A program made the translations under genes and the position numbers. The notes under the pieces are model-generated. The model did not search any database and was not told the DNA's origin. It saw nothing but the letters and a program-made list of their open reading frames with translations. A DNA stretch of 64,000 bases from Acidobacteria bacterium RIFCSPLOWO2_12_FULL_67_14b (GTDB lineage Bacteria > Acidobacteriota > Vicinamibacteria > Vicinamibacterales > UBA2999): the NCBI GenBank assembly GCA_001768615.1, contig MELE01000065.1:12158-76157 (forward strand), written 5' to 3'. Of the stretch, positions 18,005-27,476 are shown in pieces (the stretch's first letter is position 1; every line of letters starts with the position of its first letter).

Positions 18005-18826
18005 TCAGCCCGTCCCCCTGCTCCGCTCCCACCCCTTGTAGGTCCCGAGCACCCGGATCCACTTGGCGAACTCGCCGAGCTGGGTGAGCGCGCGTGCGCA
18101 GGCGAGGTCGTCGCGCTTGGCGTCGATGTCGACGTAGAAGAGGTACTCCCACGGGCGGCCCCGGATCGGCCGGCTCTCGAGCTTGCTGAGGTTGATGTCG
18201 CGCAGCGCGAAAACGCTCAGGGCGCGGAACAGCGAGCCCGGCGTGCTCGGCAGGGCGAACACGATCGTCGTCTTGTTGGCGTCGGTCGGCGGCGTCCCGC
18301 CAATCACGAAGAAGCGGGTGATGTTGAACTCGTAGTCCTGCACCGCCTCCTGCAGCACTTCGAGGCCGAACACCTCCGCCGCGCGGCGGGAGGCGAGGGC
18401 GGCGGCGCCGGCGAGCCGCTGCTCGGCCACCAGCTTCGCGCCGCCGGCGGTGTCGTAGACCGCTTCGACGGTGGCGCCAAGCTCCTTCAGGTAGCGCTCG
18501 CACTGCGCCAGCGCCTGCGGATGCGAATAGACGATCTTCACGTCGCCGATCTTGGTGCCCGGCAGCGCCTGGAGACAGTGGACGACGTCGAGCTCCACTT
18601 CGCCGGTAATCAAGATTTCGTGGTCGACGAGCAGGTCGTAGTTCCGGTGGATCGTGCCGCCGATGGAGTTCTCCATCGGCACGATGCCGTGCATCGCGCG
18701 CCGCTCGACGACGGCGTCGAACACCTCGTCGAACGTCTTGCAGGGAAGCGTCTCGGTGTGCGGAGAGTAGAGCAGCGCGGCCGCTTCGCTGTAGGCGCCC
18801 GGTTCTCCCTGATACGCGATTCTCAC
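18005..18826 (-). CDS. pheA: prephenate dehydratase
   Basis: ORF 18005..18955. The likely GTG start at 18826 is preceded by a gaggag RBS. The PDT domain reads RIAYQGEPGAYSE...VPMENSIGGTI, and an ACT domain lies at the C-terminus (TIVFALPSTPGSLFRALSVFA). Confidence 0.85.
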   Translation of the reverse strand: MRIAYQGEPGAYSEAAALLYSPHTETLPCKTFDEVFDAVVERRAMHGIVPMENSIGGTIHRNYDLLVDHEILITGEVELDVVHCLQALPGTKIGDVKIVYSHPQALAQCERYLKELGATVEAVYDTAGGAKLVAEQRLAGAAALASRRAAEVFGLEVLQEAVQDYEFNITRFFVIGGTPPTDANKTTIVFALPSTPGSLFRALSVFALRDINLSKLESRPIRGRPWEYLFYVDIDAKRDDLACARALTQLGEFAKWIRVLGTYKGWERSRGTG

Positions 18827-19239
18827 GTCCGACTCCTCGCTGCCCGGCCACGGACCGACGCCCCGACGAGCATCGCCGGGCCGGTGAGGGCGACGAGCGC
18901 CACCCGCGTCCAGCCCGGCGTGAACGCTGCGTACTCGCCCGCCGTGAAGCCCCATGCGAGCGCCGCCGTCTGCACGAGCGCCGCTGCGCCCCCGTGGAGC
19001 ATCTCCCGGCTGCCGGCCACCTTGGCGGTCATGTACCCGCCGAGCAGGGCCGCCAGCGTGGTGTACACGAGCTTGGCGCCGATCATCTCCGGTCGATTGC
19101 GGACCGCGAAGTACTGTGTCATGTCGCCGATCGCGCCCCCCGCCCGCGCGCTGACCAGCGTGAACTCGAGCACCTCGACCAGAACCGAGATGAGGAGGAT
19201 GCCGCCGAGCACCGCGACGAGGCTGCGAACCGGATTCAT
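18823..19239 (-). CDS. hypothetical membrane protein
   Basis: ORF 18823..19284, with the likely start at MNPVRSLVAVLGGILLISVLV (19239). It has 3-4 hydrophobic helices and a 4-nt overlap with the pheA start. Confidence 0.5.
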   Translation of the reverse strand: MNPVRSLVAVLGGILLISVLVEVLEFTLVSARAGGAIGDMTQYFAVRNRPEMIGAKLVYTTLAALLGGYMTAKVAGSREMLHGGAAALVQTAALAWGFTAGEYAAFTPGWTRVALVALTGPAMLVGASVRGRAARSRT

Positions 19240-19243
19240 CGCC

Positions 19244-20113
19244 TCACCCGAGGAACCGCAGGCCGTGCAGCACAGAGGCGACAATCGCGATTAACGACGC
19301 CGCCAGGCAGATGATGGCGATGCCGACATGGTCGATGCGCTCCGGCTTCAACGGATCGAGCAGTCTGGATGCGAGGTACCCGCCCGCGAAGCCGCCGGCG
19401 TGCGCGTAGTTGTCGATACCCTGCATCAGGAAGCCGAAGAGGCCGAGCATGAGCGCGTAGGAGAGCGCCTCCCTGCCGATGTGCGAGCTGCCGCCGCGGC
19501 GGCCGTAGTAGACGAGCGCGCCGAGCAGGCCGAAGATCGGCGCCGACGCCCCCACGGTGAACTGTCCGCCTCGGAGGATGGGGATGCTCGCCGACGGCAG
19601 GGGAGGCACGTACGCGCCGGCGAACGAGCTCAGCGCGAAGCCGGCAATCGCCGCGGCCGTGTAGATGATCACCATCCGGCCCGGCCCGTACAGATCGGCC
19701 GTGGCCGGCGCGAGCTGCCGGACCCACATCATGTTGAAGAAGATGTGGAGCGCGCTCCCGTGGAGCCACGCCGCGCTGAGTACGGTCCACCACCGGTCGG
19801 CCACGAACACCGGAACGGCGCCGCTCGCGCCGAAGAGGAAGAGGCTCTGGCGGCTCGGGGAGAGCATCGAGAAGAGGCCGCCCACGCCGATGTCGCCGCC
19901 CGAGGCGAGCAGCGTCAGCACGTAGAGCACGACACAGGTGCCGATGACGAAGGGGACGAACCCCATGTCGTGGCCGAGCGAGCGGAGCGCCGGGGCGAAG
20001 CCCCAGAGTCCCGGGTTGCGCCGGCCGCAGCCGTAGCAGCGGTCGTCGTTGACGCCCACGAGCACGCCGCAGGAGGTGCAGACCACCGACCCCGAGGTTT
20101 GACGTTTGAACAC
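19244..20113 (-). CDS. rhomboid-family intramembrane serine protease with N-terminal zinc ribbon
   Basis: This is the C-terminal 289 aa of ORF 19244..20719. It has a CTSCG...CYGCG zinc ribbon, WLHGSALHIFFNM, the GASAPIFG catalytic-Ser motif and AHAGGF catalytic His. The start (GTG 20113) is uncertain. The upstream ORF extension is antisense to ubiX. Confidence 0.75.
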   Translation of the reverse strand: MFKRQTSGSVVCTSCGVLVGVNDDRCYGCGRRNPGLWGFAPALRSLGHDMGFVPFVIGTCVVLYVLTLLASGGDIGVGGLFSMLSPSRQSLFLFGASGAVPVFVADRWWTVLSAAWLHGSALHIFFNMMWVRQLAPATADLYGPGRMVIIYTAAAIAGFALSSFAGAYVPPLPSASIPILRGGQFTVGASAPIFGLLGALVYYGRRGGSSHIGREALSYALMLGLFGFLMQGIDNYAHAGGFAGGYLASRLLDPLKPERIDHVGIAIICLAASLIAIVASVLHGLRFLG

Positions 20114-20137
20114 CCGTTCGATGATAGCCTGTAGAAA

Positions 20138-20200
20138 CTCCCAACGCCCAACACGCCAACGCCCAAGCTTGGGCGTTGGGAGTTGGGCGTTGGGAGTTGA
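20138..20200. repeat. near-perfect ~30-bp-arm palindrome of CCCAACGCCCAA units centred on AAGCTT
   Basis: ctcccaacgcccaacacgccaacgcccaagc | gcttgggcgttgggagttgggcgttgggag lies between the divergent rhomboid and ubiX genes. Confidence 0.8.
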
Positions 20201-20206
20201 GTTCCT

Positions 20207-20800
20207 ATGCGTCTCATCGTGGGCATCACGGGAGCCACCGGGGTGATCTACGGCGTCAGGCTGCTCGAGCGGCTGCGGGACGCCGGCGTCGAGACGCACC
20301 TCGTCATCAGCCGCTGGGGCGCCCGGACGCTGCTGCACGAGACGCCCTACTCGCGCGAGCAGGTGGAGGCGTTGGCGCATACCTCCTATGCCGCCAGCGA
20401 CATGGGCGCCGCCATTTCGAGCGGGTCGTTTCAGACCTCCGGGATGATCGTCGCCCCGTGCAGCGTGCGGACGCTCGGCGCCGTGGCGCACGGCTTCGGC
20501 GACAGCCTGATCCACCGGGCCGCCGACGTCGTGCTGAAGGAGCGGCGGAAGCTGCTGCTGGCGGTGCGCGAGGCGCCGCTCAGCGAGATCCACCTGGAGA
20601 ACATGCTGAAGCTGGCGCGGCTCGGCGCCGTGATCCTGCCGCCGGTGCCCGCCTTCTATCACAATCCCCGCTCGCTGGCCGACATCGTGGAGCACACGGT
20701 GGCCCGCATGCTCGACCACTTCGGGATCGACGTCGAAGGCGCCGCCCGTTGGTCGGGCGAGATGGGCGTCAGCGGCGGGCGCGCCCCGAGCGAAGACTGA
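20207..20800 (+). CDS. ubiX: flavin prenyltransferase UbiX
   Basis: 197 aa. MRLIVGITGATGVIYGVRLLE...MIVAPCSVRTLGAVAHG...DVVLKERRKLLL is the classical UbiX/Pad1 pattern. Confidence 0.9.
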   Translation: MRLIVGITGATGVIYGVRLLERLRDAGVETHLVISRWGARTLLHETPYSREQVEALAHTSYAASDMGAAISSGSFQTSGMIVAPCSVRTLGAVAHGFGDSLIHRAADVVLKERRKLLLAVREAPLSEIHLENMLKLARLGAVILPPVPAFYHNPRSLADIVEHTVARMLDHFGIDVEGAARWSGEMGVSGGRAPSED

Positions 20801-20806
20801 CCGGGA

Positions 20807-21727
20807 TCAACCGCGCGCGCCGCGTTCCCGGCGGGCGTCTTCGAGTGCGCGCTCGGCGTCGGCGACCGCCTGCGCCGCCTCCTCCGCCTTGGCGGCGACG
20901 CGCCGCGCCCGCTGGCGCGCGCGCTCGGCCTCGGCGGTCACCTTGTCGAACCTCACGGCGAGTGCCGCCCTCTTCCGCTCGGCCGCCACGGCGCCCCCGG
21001 CTGCCCGCCTGAGCGCCGCTTCGGCCCGCGCCGCGGTCCTTCGCGCCTCGCCCAGCGCTCGTTCGGCCGCACGGACCGCCGCACGTTGCGCTCGTTCCTC
21101 CGCCGCGCGCCGGCGCCTCTCGGCCTCCGGATCGCGCGGTTTTCCCTCGCGCCCGGTCTCGCGGCGCTGGGCGAACGGAATGACACGGGTCGGCCCGGTT
21201 CCGCGCCGGGCGCGGCGCCCGACGAGCGCCGCGAGCGACTCGATGCCGGGCGCCTCGACGTCGCCTGTGAGGCGTCCAGGGCGCGGACCGTCCGGCATGC
21301 CGCCATAGGTGGCGAGGGCGTCGAGCGTGGCGGTGATGCGGCGTGTGAGCTCGGGCGATGAGGCGTGGCCCGCTTCCTCGAGCAGGCTGCCGGCGCGGGT
21401 CGACAGCGCCGCCAGGGCCCCGCGCCGTGCCTCCATGACGCCGCGCAGACCGGCGCCCTTGCCGCCGGCGCTGCGCAGCGTGGTGGCCTGGGCGCGGCGA
21501 AGACGCTCGCCGGCGGCGAGCAGTTGGTCGAACGCCTTGCGGTGGCGCCAATAGAGCTGGTTGACCGCCCACGCGGAGAGGGGCGGCTTCGCCAGCGCCT
21601 TGACGCGCGAACCTGCCTCCACCCTTCCGGCCGCCTTCAGCCTTGCCGCCAGCGCGTCCCGGGCCGGGATGAATTCGTTCACCGGGAGCTGGAACAGGGC
21701 ATCGATGTCAGCGTGTTCCGCCGCCAT
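20807..21727 (-). CDS. hypothetical protein with Ala/Arg/Glu-rich coiled-coil C-terminus
   Basis: 306 aa with a consistent coding frame. I recognise no family motif. Confidence 0.55.
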   Translation of the reverse strand: MAAEHADIDALFQLPVNEFIPARDALAARLKAAGRVEAGSRVKALAKPPLSAWAVNQLYWRHRKAFDQLLAAGERLRRAQATTLRSAGGKGAGLRGVMEARRGALAALSTRAGSLLEEAGHASSPELTRRITATLDALATYGGMPDGPRPGRLTGDVEAPGIESLAALVGRRARRGTGPTRVIPFAQRRETGREGKPRDPEAERRRRAAEERAQRAAVRAAERALGEARRTAARAEAALRRAAGGAVAAERKRAALAVRFDKVTAEAERARQRARRVAAKAEEAAQAVADAERALEDARRERGARG

Positions 21728-21811
21728 GGGTAGCGTGACCTAGTCTGTCACACCCTCTTTCTATGCTGGCGGTACACGGTGTCCGGCGGCAGCCGGACCG
21801 GGAGACCCCAT

Positions 21812-22144
21812 ATGGCAGCTCAGCTCGCGTTATACGACCCGCGGATCGCACCGGCGCCGACCGACGAGTCGGCGCCCGCCACCCGGCGCGCCGAGGGGCA
21901 GCCGCCGCTCTGCGCGGCCTGCCGGGCGCGCGAAGCGCGCTACGGTTTTCAGACTGAAGCCGACGACCCGCAGGTCGAGCGCCCGCGGACGCTCTGCTTC
22001 GAATGTTTTCGCCTGGAGATCGGCCGCCGGCACGACCAGGCGCGCGCCGTCCAGGCGCGTCTGCCGCTCGACCAGGCGCTCGAGGGGATCACCCGCCGGC
22101 GCCGCCGCGCCCAGATTGCGGCGCGCCGGGCGCTTGGCCTCTGA
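21812..22144 (+). CDS. hypothetical small zinc-ribbon protein
   Basis: ORF 21779..22144, with the likely start at MAAQ (21812). It has CAAC...CFEC cysteine pairs and overlaps the convergent 22089..23516 gene by 56 nt. Confidence 0.4.
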   Translation: MAAQLALYDPRIAPAPTDESAPATRRAEGQPPLCAACRAREARYGFQTEADDPQVERPRTLCFECFRLEIGRRHDQARAVQARLPLDQALEGITRRRRRAQIAARRALGL

Positions 22145-23516
22145 ACGTTTCGGCGCTGCCGGGCGCGGTGAAGTCGAGGCGCCGGTTGCCCGCCCGGCCG
22201 GTCACCGTGTACGTGCCGCGCATCTGGATGAAGTCGAGGCCGCTGGCGCGAGGTCCGCTGCCGGCGCCGCGGGTGGTCACCGTCGATTCCACGGCGAACG
22301 ACATCCGCACGTCGAGGCCGTCGTCGCTCTGTCCCTGCACTGAGATCGCCTGCGGTCGTCCAGTCGGGTCGTTCGTTTCTGTGATGGTGACACCGGTCGT
22401 GTAGCCGATCGGCCCGTCGGCACCGATCACGCCGAGGAATCCCGGCACGCGGTCGGGGTCGGCCGCCTCGCGCGGAGGAAACACGCGGCCGTACAGCAGC
22501 GACACGTCGCCATGTTGGACCTGGCCCCATTGCCAGGACACCCCCTGCCAGAACCCCCAATTGTGATCGTGGTACCCGGAGCCCCCGTCAAACGAGATCC
22601 GCTCGCCGTCGATGTCGAGCGTGCCGCCGAGCGCGCCCGACATGACGGGGACGACGTACCCGGTCCGCCAGCCGCGCGCGCCGGTGATTTCAAGCGGCGG
22701 CACCAGTCGGCCGGGCGAGGCCTGGAGTGTCAGTTCGCCCCGCGCCCGCCGGCCCTTCTCGCTCCGCAGGTCGAGGTGCACGTGGTAGCTCATCCCCTCG
22801 AGCCGCACGAAGCTGGCGCCCATCGTCAGGTCGGGTGCGCGGAGCGCCTCCTCGTCGGTGAGCGGCGCGGCGGCGCTGAAGGTCTCGACCGATCGTCCGC
22901 GGTCGAGCTGCAGCCGCACGCCGGCGGCCCGGCGCCCGTCCTCGGTCCGCCGGCCGACGAGGAACGTGAGATAGAAGCGCGCTTCGGGCCCGCGTCCATT
23001 GAAATACAGCCACTCCGCCCACGAGTCCGCCCACTCGGGCGCATCCGGGATCGGATGAAAGCGATCGATGAAGCGCAGCGTGTCCTCGGGGGTGTCGTTC
23101 GTCCAGGCGCGATCGTCGGCCGAGTCGCGCCAGGCGCCGATGGAGGCGGTCTCGGCATCGCCGAGCGCCCGTTCCAGGCTTGGAATCCCACCCCGGGCCT
23201 CGACGCGGGTCGTGCGGCCGCCGTGCACGAGGAAGAGCGGCGACACGTGGAACGGAGCGGCGACGCGCACGCGGGAGCGGAGCGACTCGGCGTGCAGCGT
23301 GCCGGTGAGCAGGAGCCGCGCGGGCACCTGGGGCAGCGTGAAGATCACGACGTCGCCGCCGCCGGAGAGCGCCGGCGCGCGCGACTGCTGCAGCACCACT
23401 TCCGCCACGCCCAGCAGGATGGCCATGACGGCGACGCCGACGCCGAAGCCGGCCGCGAGCACCGCGCTGCGCACCGGGTGGGCCGTGAGCGAGCGGACCG
23501 CCAGCTTCCCGATCAT
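22089..23516 (-). CDS. membrane-anchored AttH/CrtC-like (lipocalin-like hydratase fold) protein
   Basis: 475 aa from [36 protein letters not shown] (ATG 23516). The C-terminal half has GSGYHDHNWGFWQG, typical of the CrtC/AttH family as I recall it. It is the last gene of the ABC operon, with a 4-nt overlap. Confidence 0.6.
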   Translation of the reverse strand: MIGKLAVRSLTAHPVRSAVLAAGFGVGVAVMAILLGVAEVVLQQSRAPALSGGGDVVIFTLPQVPARLLLTGTLHAESLRSRVRVAAPFHVSPLFLVHGGRTTRVEARGGIPSLERALGDAETASIGAWRDSADDRAWTNDTPEDTLRFIDRFHPIPDAPEWADSWAEWLYFNGRGPEARFYLTFLVGRRTEDGRRAAGVRLQLDRGRSVETFSAAAPLTDEEALRAPDLTMGASFVRLEGMSYHVHLDLRSEKGRRARGELTLQASPGRLVPPLEITGARGWRTGYVVPVMSGALGGTLDIDGERISFDGGSGYHDHNWGFWQGVSWQWGQVQHGDVSLLYGRVFPPREAADPDRVPGFLGVIGADGPIGYTTGVTITETNDPTGRPQAISVQGQSDDGLDVRMSFAVESTVTTRGAGSGPRASGLDFIQMRGTYTVTGRAGNRRLDFTAPGSAETFRGQAPGAPQSGRGGAGG

Positions 23517-24199
23517 CGCGCCGCCTCGTGGTCGATGCGGCCGTCGCGCATCGTGAGCACCCGGCGCGCCCGGCTCGCCAGCACCGGATCGTGCGTGACG
23601 ATGACGAGCGCGGTGCCGTCGGCGTTCACGCGATCGAGCAGCGCGGCCACCTGCTCCCCCGTTGTCTGATCCAGCTCGCCCGTCGGCTCGTCGGCAAGGA
23701 GCAGCCGCGGCCGGTTGGCGAGCGCCCGGGCGATCGCCACGCGCTGCATCTCGCCCCCGGAGAGCTGCGCCGGCCGGTGATCGGCCCGGGCGCCGAGCCC
23801 GACGTACGCCAGCAGCTCCAGGCTGCGGGCCCGCCGCTCGCGCTTCGGCGCGCCCGCTTCGGCCTGCGGCAGCTCCACGTTCTCGGCCGCCGTGAGCATC
23901 GGCAGCAGGAAGAAGCGCTGGAACACGAAGCCGATGTGGCGCAGCCGCAGCAGGCTGCGCGCCCGGTCGTCGAGCGTCGAGACGTCGCGGCGGTCGAACA
24001 CGAGCGTCCCGGACGAGGGGGCGTCGACGCAGCCGAGCATGTGCAGCAGCGTCGACTTGCCGCAGCCCGATGGCCCGCGAATGGCGATGTGCTCGCCGGC
24101 CGCGACCGTGAGCGTGACGTCGCACACCGCCACGACGGGTCCCGCCGGCATCGGAAACACCCGGCTGATGCGCTGGGCGGCGACGACGGCGTCGCTCAC
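23513..24199 (-). CDS. ABC transporter ATP-binding protein (LolD/MacB-type)
   Basis: Walker [10 protein letters not shown], signature [15 protein letters not shown], and Walker [13 protein letters not shown]. The GTG start at 24199 overlaps the upstream stop (GTGA). Confidence 0.9.
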   Translation of the reverse strand: MSDAVVAAQRISRVFPMPAGPVVAVCDVTLTVAAGEHIAIRGPSGCGKSTLLHMLGCVDAPSSGTLVFDRRDVSTLDDRARSLLRLRHIGFVFQRFFLLPMLTAAENVELPQAEAGAPKRERRARSLELLAYVGLGARADHRPAQLSGGEMQRVAIARALANRPRLLLADEPTGELDQTTGEQVAALLDRVNADGTALVIVTHDPVLASRARRVLTMRDGRIDHEAAR

Positions 24200-25371
24200 G
24201 AGATCACCTCGTTGCGCAGGGTGGAGGCGATCGGCAGCCGCGCCACGATTCGCATGGGGTACGCCGCGGCGAGGATCGCCGTCGCCGCGAGCAAGCCGGC
24301 GTGCACGACGAGCGCATCCGGGCGGAACACGAAGAAATGGAGCGCCGCCGGCAGCCCGGGCATCTGCTTGAGAATGGCGTCGAGCCACGCGGCGAGCAGT
24401 GCGCCGAGCGGCAGCGACAGCACGCCGCCGATCCCGATGATGAGCGCCGACTCGCAGAGGACGTCGAGCACGACGCGCCGCTGCGAGAAGCCAAGCGCGC
24501 GCAGCGCCGCCACCTCGCCGAGGCGCTGATTGACCGACACGGTCAGCAGCACGGTGATGAGCAGCAGGGCGAACGAGACGGTGACCGCCGTCAGCACGGT
24601 CGAGATCTGGCGGAAGTACGTGAAGCCGCGCTGCTGGAGCTGGCCGAGCGCCTGTTCGTTCGACAGGACGAGCAGATCGGGCCGGAGCGCCGCGATGTCG
24701 GCGGCGGCACGCTCGGGATCCCCCGCCGACGTGACGAGCAGGTAATCGGCGGCCTCGGCGCTTTGCGCGCACGCCTCGGCGAGATCCGCCGCGTCGAGCC
24801 CCGCTCCCGCGTTGTCGGGCGTATCGAACGGGAACTCGGCGACGCCGGCCACGCGCAGGCGCCGCGGCGGCGGCGCGGCGTCGTCGCGGGAACAGAATGC
24901 GCTCAGCGTGATCGTCGTGCCGGGCGAGGCCTGCAGCGCGCGGGCGGCGGAGTCGTTGATCACCACGTCTCCGGCACCGGCGATGTCGCGTCCGCGCAGG
25001 ACGGTCCACGGGCGCGGTCGGCCGCTGATGCCCACGAGGGCGGCGCGAACCGAGACCCCCTCTCGTACGAGGTGCGCCGCTTCGGTCCGCACGGTGACGA
25101 CGGTGCGCACCGACGGAAGCTTCGCGATCTGCGCGGCCGTGGGAGCGGCGTCGGCCAGGTCGGGGCCGGGTCGCGGGATGCTATCGGTCGACATGACGCG
25201 CACGTCGTAGCCGAGCCGATCGAGCAGATCCCGCATCGACAGGACGAGCCCTTCCGAGAGCAGCAGCATGTCGAAGAGCAGCGCGCCGACCGCCGCCACG
25301 CCGAGGATGCCGAGGATGGACCGCGCCGGCTGGCGGATGAGGCTGCGCCACGCGAACGCCAGGACGTTCAT
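24196..25371 (-). CDS. ABC transporter permease, FtsX/MacB-like
   Basis: 391 aa from MNVLAFAWRSLIRQPARS (typical FtsX-family N-terminus), with a large periplasmic loop and three C-terminal TM helices. Confidence 0.8.
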   Translation of the reverse strand: MNVLAFAWRSLIRQPARSILGILGVAAVGALLFDMLLLSEGLVLSMRDLLDRLGYDVRVMSTDSIPRPGPDLADAAPTAAQIAKLPSVRTVVTVRTEAAHLVREGVSVRAALVGISGRPRPWTVLRGRDIAGAGDVVINDSAARALQASPGTTITLSAFCSRDDAAPPPRRLRVAGVAEFPFDTPDNAGAGLDAADLAEACAQSAEAADYLLVTSAGDPERAAADIAALRPDLLVLSNEQALGQLQQRGFTYFRQISTVLTAVTVSFALLLITVLLTVSVNQRLGEVAALRALGFSQRRVVLDVLCESALIIGIGGVLSLPLGALLAAWLDAILKQMPGLPAALHFFVFRPDALVVHAGLLAATAILAAAYPMRIVARLPIASTLRNEVIS

Positions 25372-26219
25372 CGCCGCGCCAGCCTCAGCGCCCGGCGGCG
25401 CAGCAGCGCCCACGACGCGGCGACGGTGGCGACCGCGCCGAGCGGCACCGCGATTGCCACCGAGAGCGCCGCCACCCGCGGTGTCACGCGCACGAAGACC
25501 AGCGCCGTGTCGTAGCGCCACTGGAAGAAGCGGTTGATCAGCCCTTCGGCCGCGGCGGCGAGCGCCAGGCCGAAGAGCGCGCCGGCGGCCGCGATGAACA
25601 GGCCTTCGAGCAGCACCTGCACGAGGATGCGGCGCGCCGGCAGGCCGATCAGGCGCAGCACGCCCACCGTCTCGCGGCGCTCGTCGACGAGCATGATCGT
25701 CAGCGCCAGCAGGAACACGGTGGCCGCCGCGATCGTCACCGCGGCAATCGCATAGTGGAACCGCTCCAGCACGACGAAGATGCTGCCCATGCCCGCCGCG
25801 CCCGCCGCGCGGCGGGCGAAGACGCCCGGAGTGCGGGCGTTGACGTCCTGCGCGAACCGGCGCGCCTCGGCCGGATCGACGAGCGCCACGTTGACCGAGG
25901 ACACGCGCTCGGTTCCCGCGGGCGTGTCCGGGTCGCGCGTGAGCGCGAGGAGGTCGGGCAGGTGCAGCCGTACTTCCCGTGGTACGAGGCCGAGCCGCAG
26001 CGGATTCGGTGTCGGCTCGTAGGTGCCGGCGATCCTGAACGTGCGCGCGCGCTCGCCGCGCGCGTCGGCCGCCAGCCGCACCAGATCGCCGACCGCCAGC
26101 CCCTCGCGCTCGGCCAGCTGCCGCGTGACGAGAATCGACGGCGGCTCCGGCGCCTGCGCCCCCAGGAAGGAGGCGGTCAGCGACAGGAGCAGAGCGAGCA
26201 CGAACAGGAATGGCTTCAC
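25368..26219 (-). CDS. ABC transporter permease, FtsX-like (short form)
   Basis: 283 aa with an N-terminal TM/signal, a periplasmic domain and a C-terminal FtsX 3-TM module (GVLRLIGLPARRIL...). An ATGA overlap joins it to the next gene. Confidence 0.7.
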   Translation of the reverse strand: MKPFLFVLALLLSLTASFLGAQAPEPPSILVTRQLAEREGLAVGDLVRLAADARGERARTFRIAGTYEPTPNPLRLGLVPREVRLHLPDLLALTRDPDTPAGTERVSSVNVALVDPAEARRFAQDVNARTPGVFARRAAGAAGMGSIFVVLERFHYAIAAVTIAAATVFLLALTIMLVDERRETVGVLRLIGLPARRILVQVLLEGLFIAAAGALFGLALAAAAEGLINRFFQWRYDTALVFVRVTPRVAALSVAIAVPLGAVATVAASWALLRRRALRLARR

Positions 26220-26235
26220 GTGAACGATCCGAACG

Positions 26236-26661
26236 CTACCAACGACCCGAACGGTTCGATCGACTCATGCCGATGATCCGCGTCCACTCCGCGGCCGTTA
26301 CCGGCATCACCGACAACCGCGGCATCCGGGCGAGCGGACACGACGCGAAGGCGCGGTCCGCTTTGATCGCCGCGAGCGTCACCGGATTGGGCAGCCTCTT
26401 CTCCGGCGCGATGTCGACGACGTGGAGTCTGCCCGAGCGGTCCGTCGGGTCGGGATAGGCGTCGCCGAGGGCGCGCGCGACGGCCACGACGGCCTTTTCC
26501 TTGCCGGTGTGGTAGTAGAAGAGGCGGTCGCCCGTGCGGATTGCGCGGAGGTGCTTCTGGGCGAGCGGGTTGCGCACGCCGGCCCAGACGGTCTTGCCGT
26601 CGCGCTCGAGCTGGTCGTAGCCGTAATGATCCGGTTCCTCCTTCACCAGCCACTGCGCCAT
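26236..26661 (-). CDS. EVE (PUA-like) domain protein
   Basis: 141 aa. MAQWLVKEEPDHYGYDQLERDGKTVWAGVRNPLAQKHLRAIRTGDRLFYYHTG is the canonical EVE-domain start. Confidence 0.85.
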   Translation of the reverse strand: MAQWLVKEEPDHYGYDQLERDGKTVWAGVRNPLAQKHLRAIRTGDRLFYYHTGKEKAVVAVARALGDAYPDPTDRSGRLHVVDIAPEKRLPNPVTLAAIKADRAFASCPLARMPRLSVMPVTAAEWTRIIGMSRSNRSGRW

Positions 26662-26846
26662 GGCTCGAATTATATCGGGCGCCGCGCGCGGTGTTCATGC
26701 GCGCAGATGCCCGGCTCGTTCCGCCCGCTCGGCGGCGATATCGACGAGCCGCAGAGGCACGGAGGCACCGACGATCCCCGCATGCGCTCGGGTGCCTCCG
26801 TGTCGCCGTGGCCTGTGCGCGGACCGTTTGGGCTACCATAGTTTTC

Positions 26847-27428
26847 ATGGCCGCGACTCCGTCGACGATGCTCGACCTGGGGACGACACTGCCGGCGTTC
26901 CGTCTCCGCGATCTGGACGGGAAGGCGGTGACGTCGAACGATTTCGGCAACGCACAGGGACTGCTGGTGGTGTTCATCTGCCCGCACTGTCCGTTCGTAC
27001 GGCACGTCCGCGGCGAGGTCGCCCGGGCGGCCCGGGAGTTCCAGCGGCGCGGCGTTGCGGTGATTGCGATCAATTCCAACGATGCGACCGCGTTTCCCGA
27101 GGACGACCCGGCGGGGATGCGGAAGGAGGCCCGGGAGGTCGGCTACACCTTCCCGTATCTCTGCGACGACACGCAGGAGGTGGCCCGGGCGTTTCGCGCC
27201 GCCTGTACGCCCGATTTTTTCCTGTTCGACCGAGGCCGGCGGCTCGTCTACCGCGGCCAGTTCGACGACAGCCGGCCGAACACCCAGGTGCCGGTGACCG
27301 GGAAGGAGCTGCGCGCGGCGGTCGAGGCGCTGCTGGCGGGGCGGCCGATCGCGTCGGACCAGAAGCCGAGCGTCGGCTGCAACATTAAGTGGAAGAAGGG
27401 AAACGAGCCGGAGTACTTTCGCGGCTAG
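26847..27428 (+). CDS. thioredoxin-fold protein (AhpC/TSA-like)
   Basis: 193 aa from MAATPS (ATG 26847) with a CPHCP redox motif and the C-terminal GCNIKWK pattern seen in this thioredoxin-like family. Confidence 0.8.
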   Translation: MAATPSTMLDLGTTLPAFRLRDLDGKAVTSNDFGNAQGLLVVFICPHCPFVRHVRGEVARAAREFQRRGVAVIAINSNDATAFPEDDPAGMRKEAREVGYTFPYLCDDTQEVARAFRAACTPDFFLFDRGRRLVYRGQFDDSRPNTQVPVTGKELRAAVEALLAGRPIASDQKPSVGCNIKWKKGNEPEYFRG

Positions 27429-27435
27429 CCGCCTG

Positions 27436-27472
27436 CTACCGGCTACCACCTACCGGCTACCACCTACCAGCC
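27436..27472. repeat. tandem 14-mer CTACCGGCTACCAC x2.6
   Basis: ctaccggctaccac ctaccggctaccac ctaccagcc lies between convergent genes. These are direct repeats, not a hairpin. Confidence 0.8.
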
Positions 27473-27476
27473 AGCC

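Noticed and set aside
20114-20719. N-terminal 200-aa extension of the rhomboid ORF (19244..20719-).
   Set aside because: It is antisense to the well-supported ubiX gene and runs across the 60-bp palindrome. Its translation is low in complexity. The rhomboid homology starts only after about 20113.
21735-21751. GTGAC-N7-GTCAC inverted repeat in the divergent promoter between 20807..21727 and 21812..22144, as an operator.
   Set aside because: The arms are only 5 bp, which is expected by chance at this GC content. There is no second copy and no adjacent regulator.
22089-24125. Single 678-aa ORF spanning the AttH-like gene and the ABC ATPase region.
   Set aside because: The N-terminal 203 aa are an out-of-frame shadow of the ATPase gene, which reads in the 23513..24199 frame with Walker A/B motifs. 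The real start is MIGKLAV at 23516.
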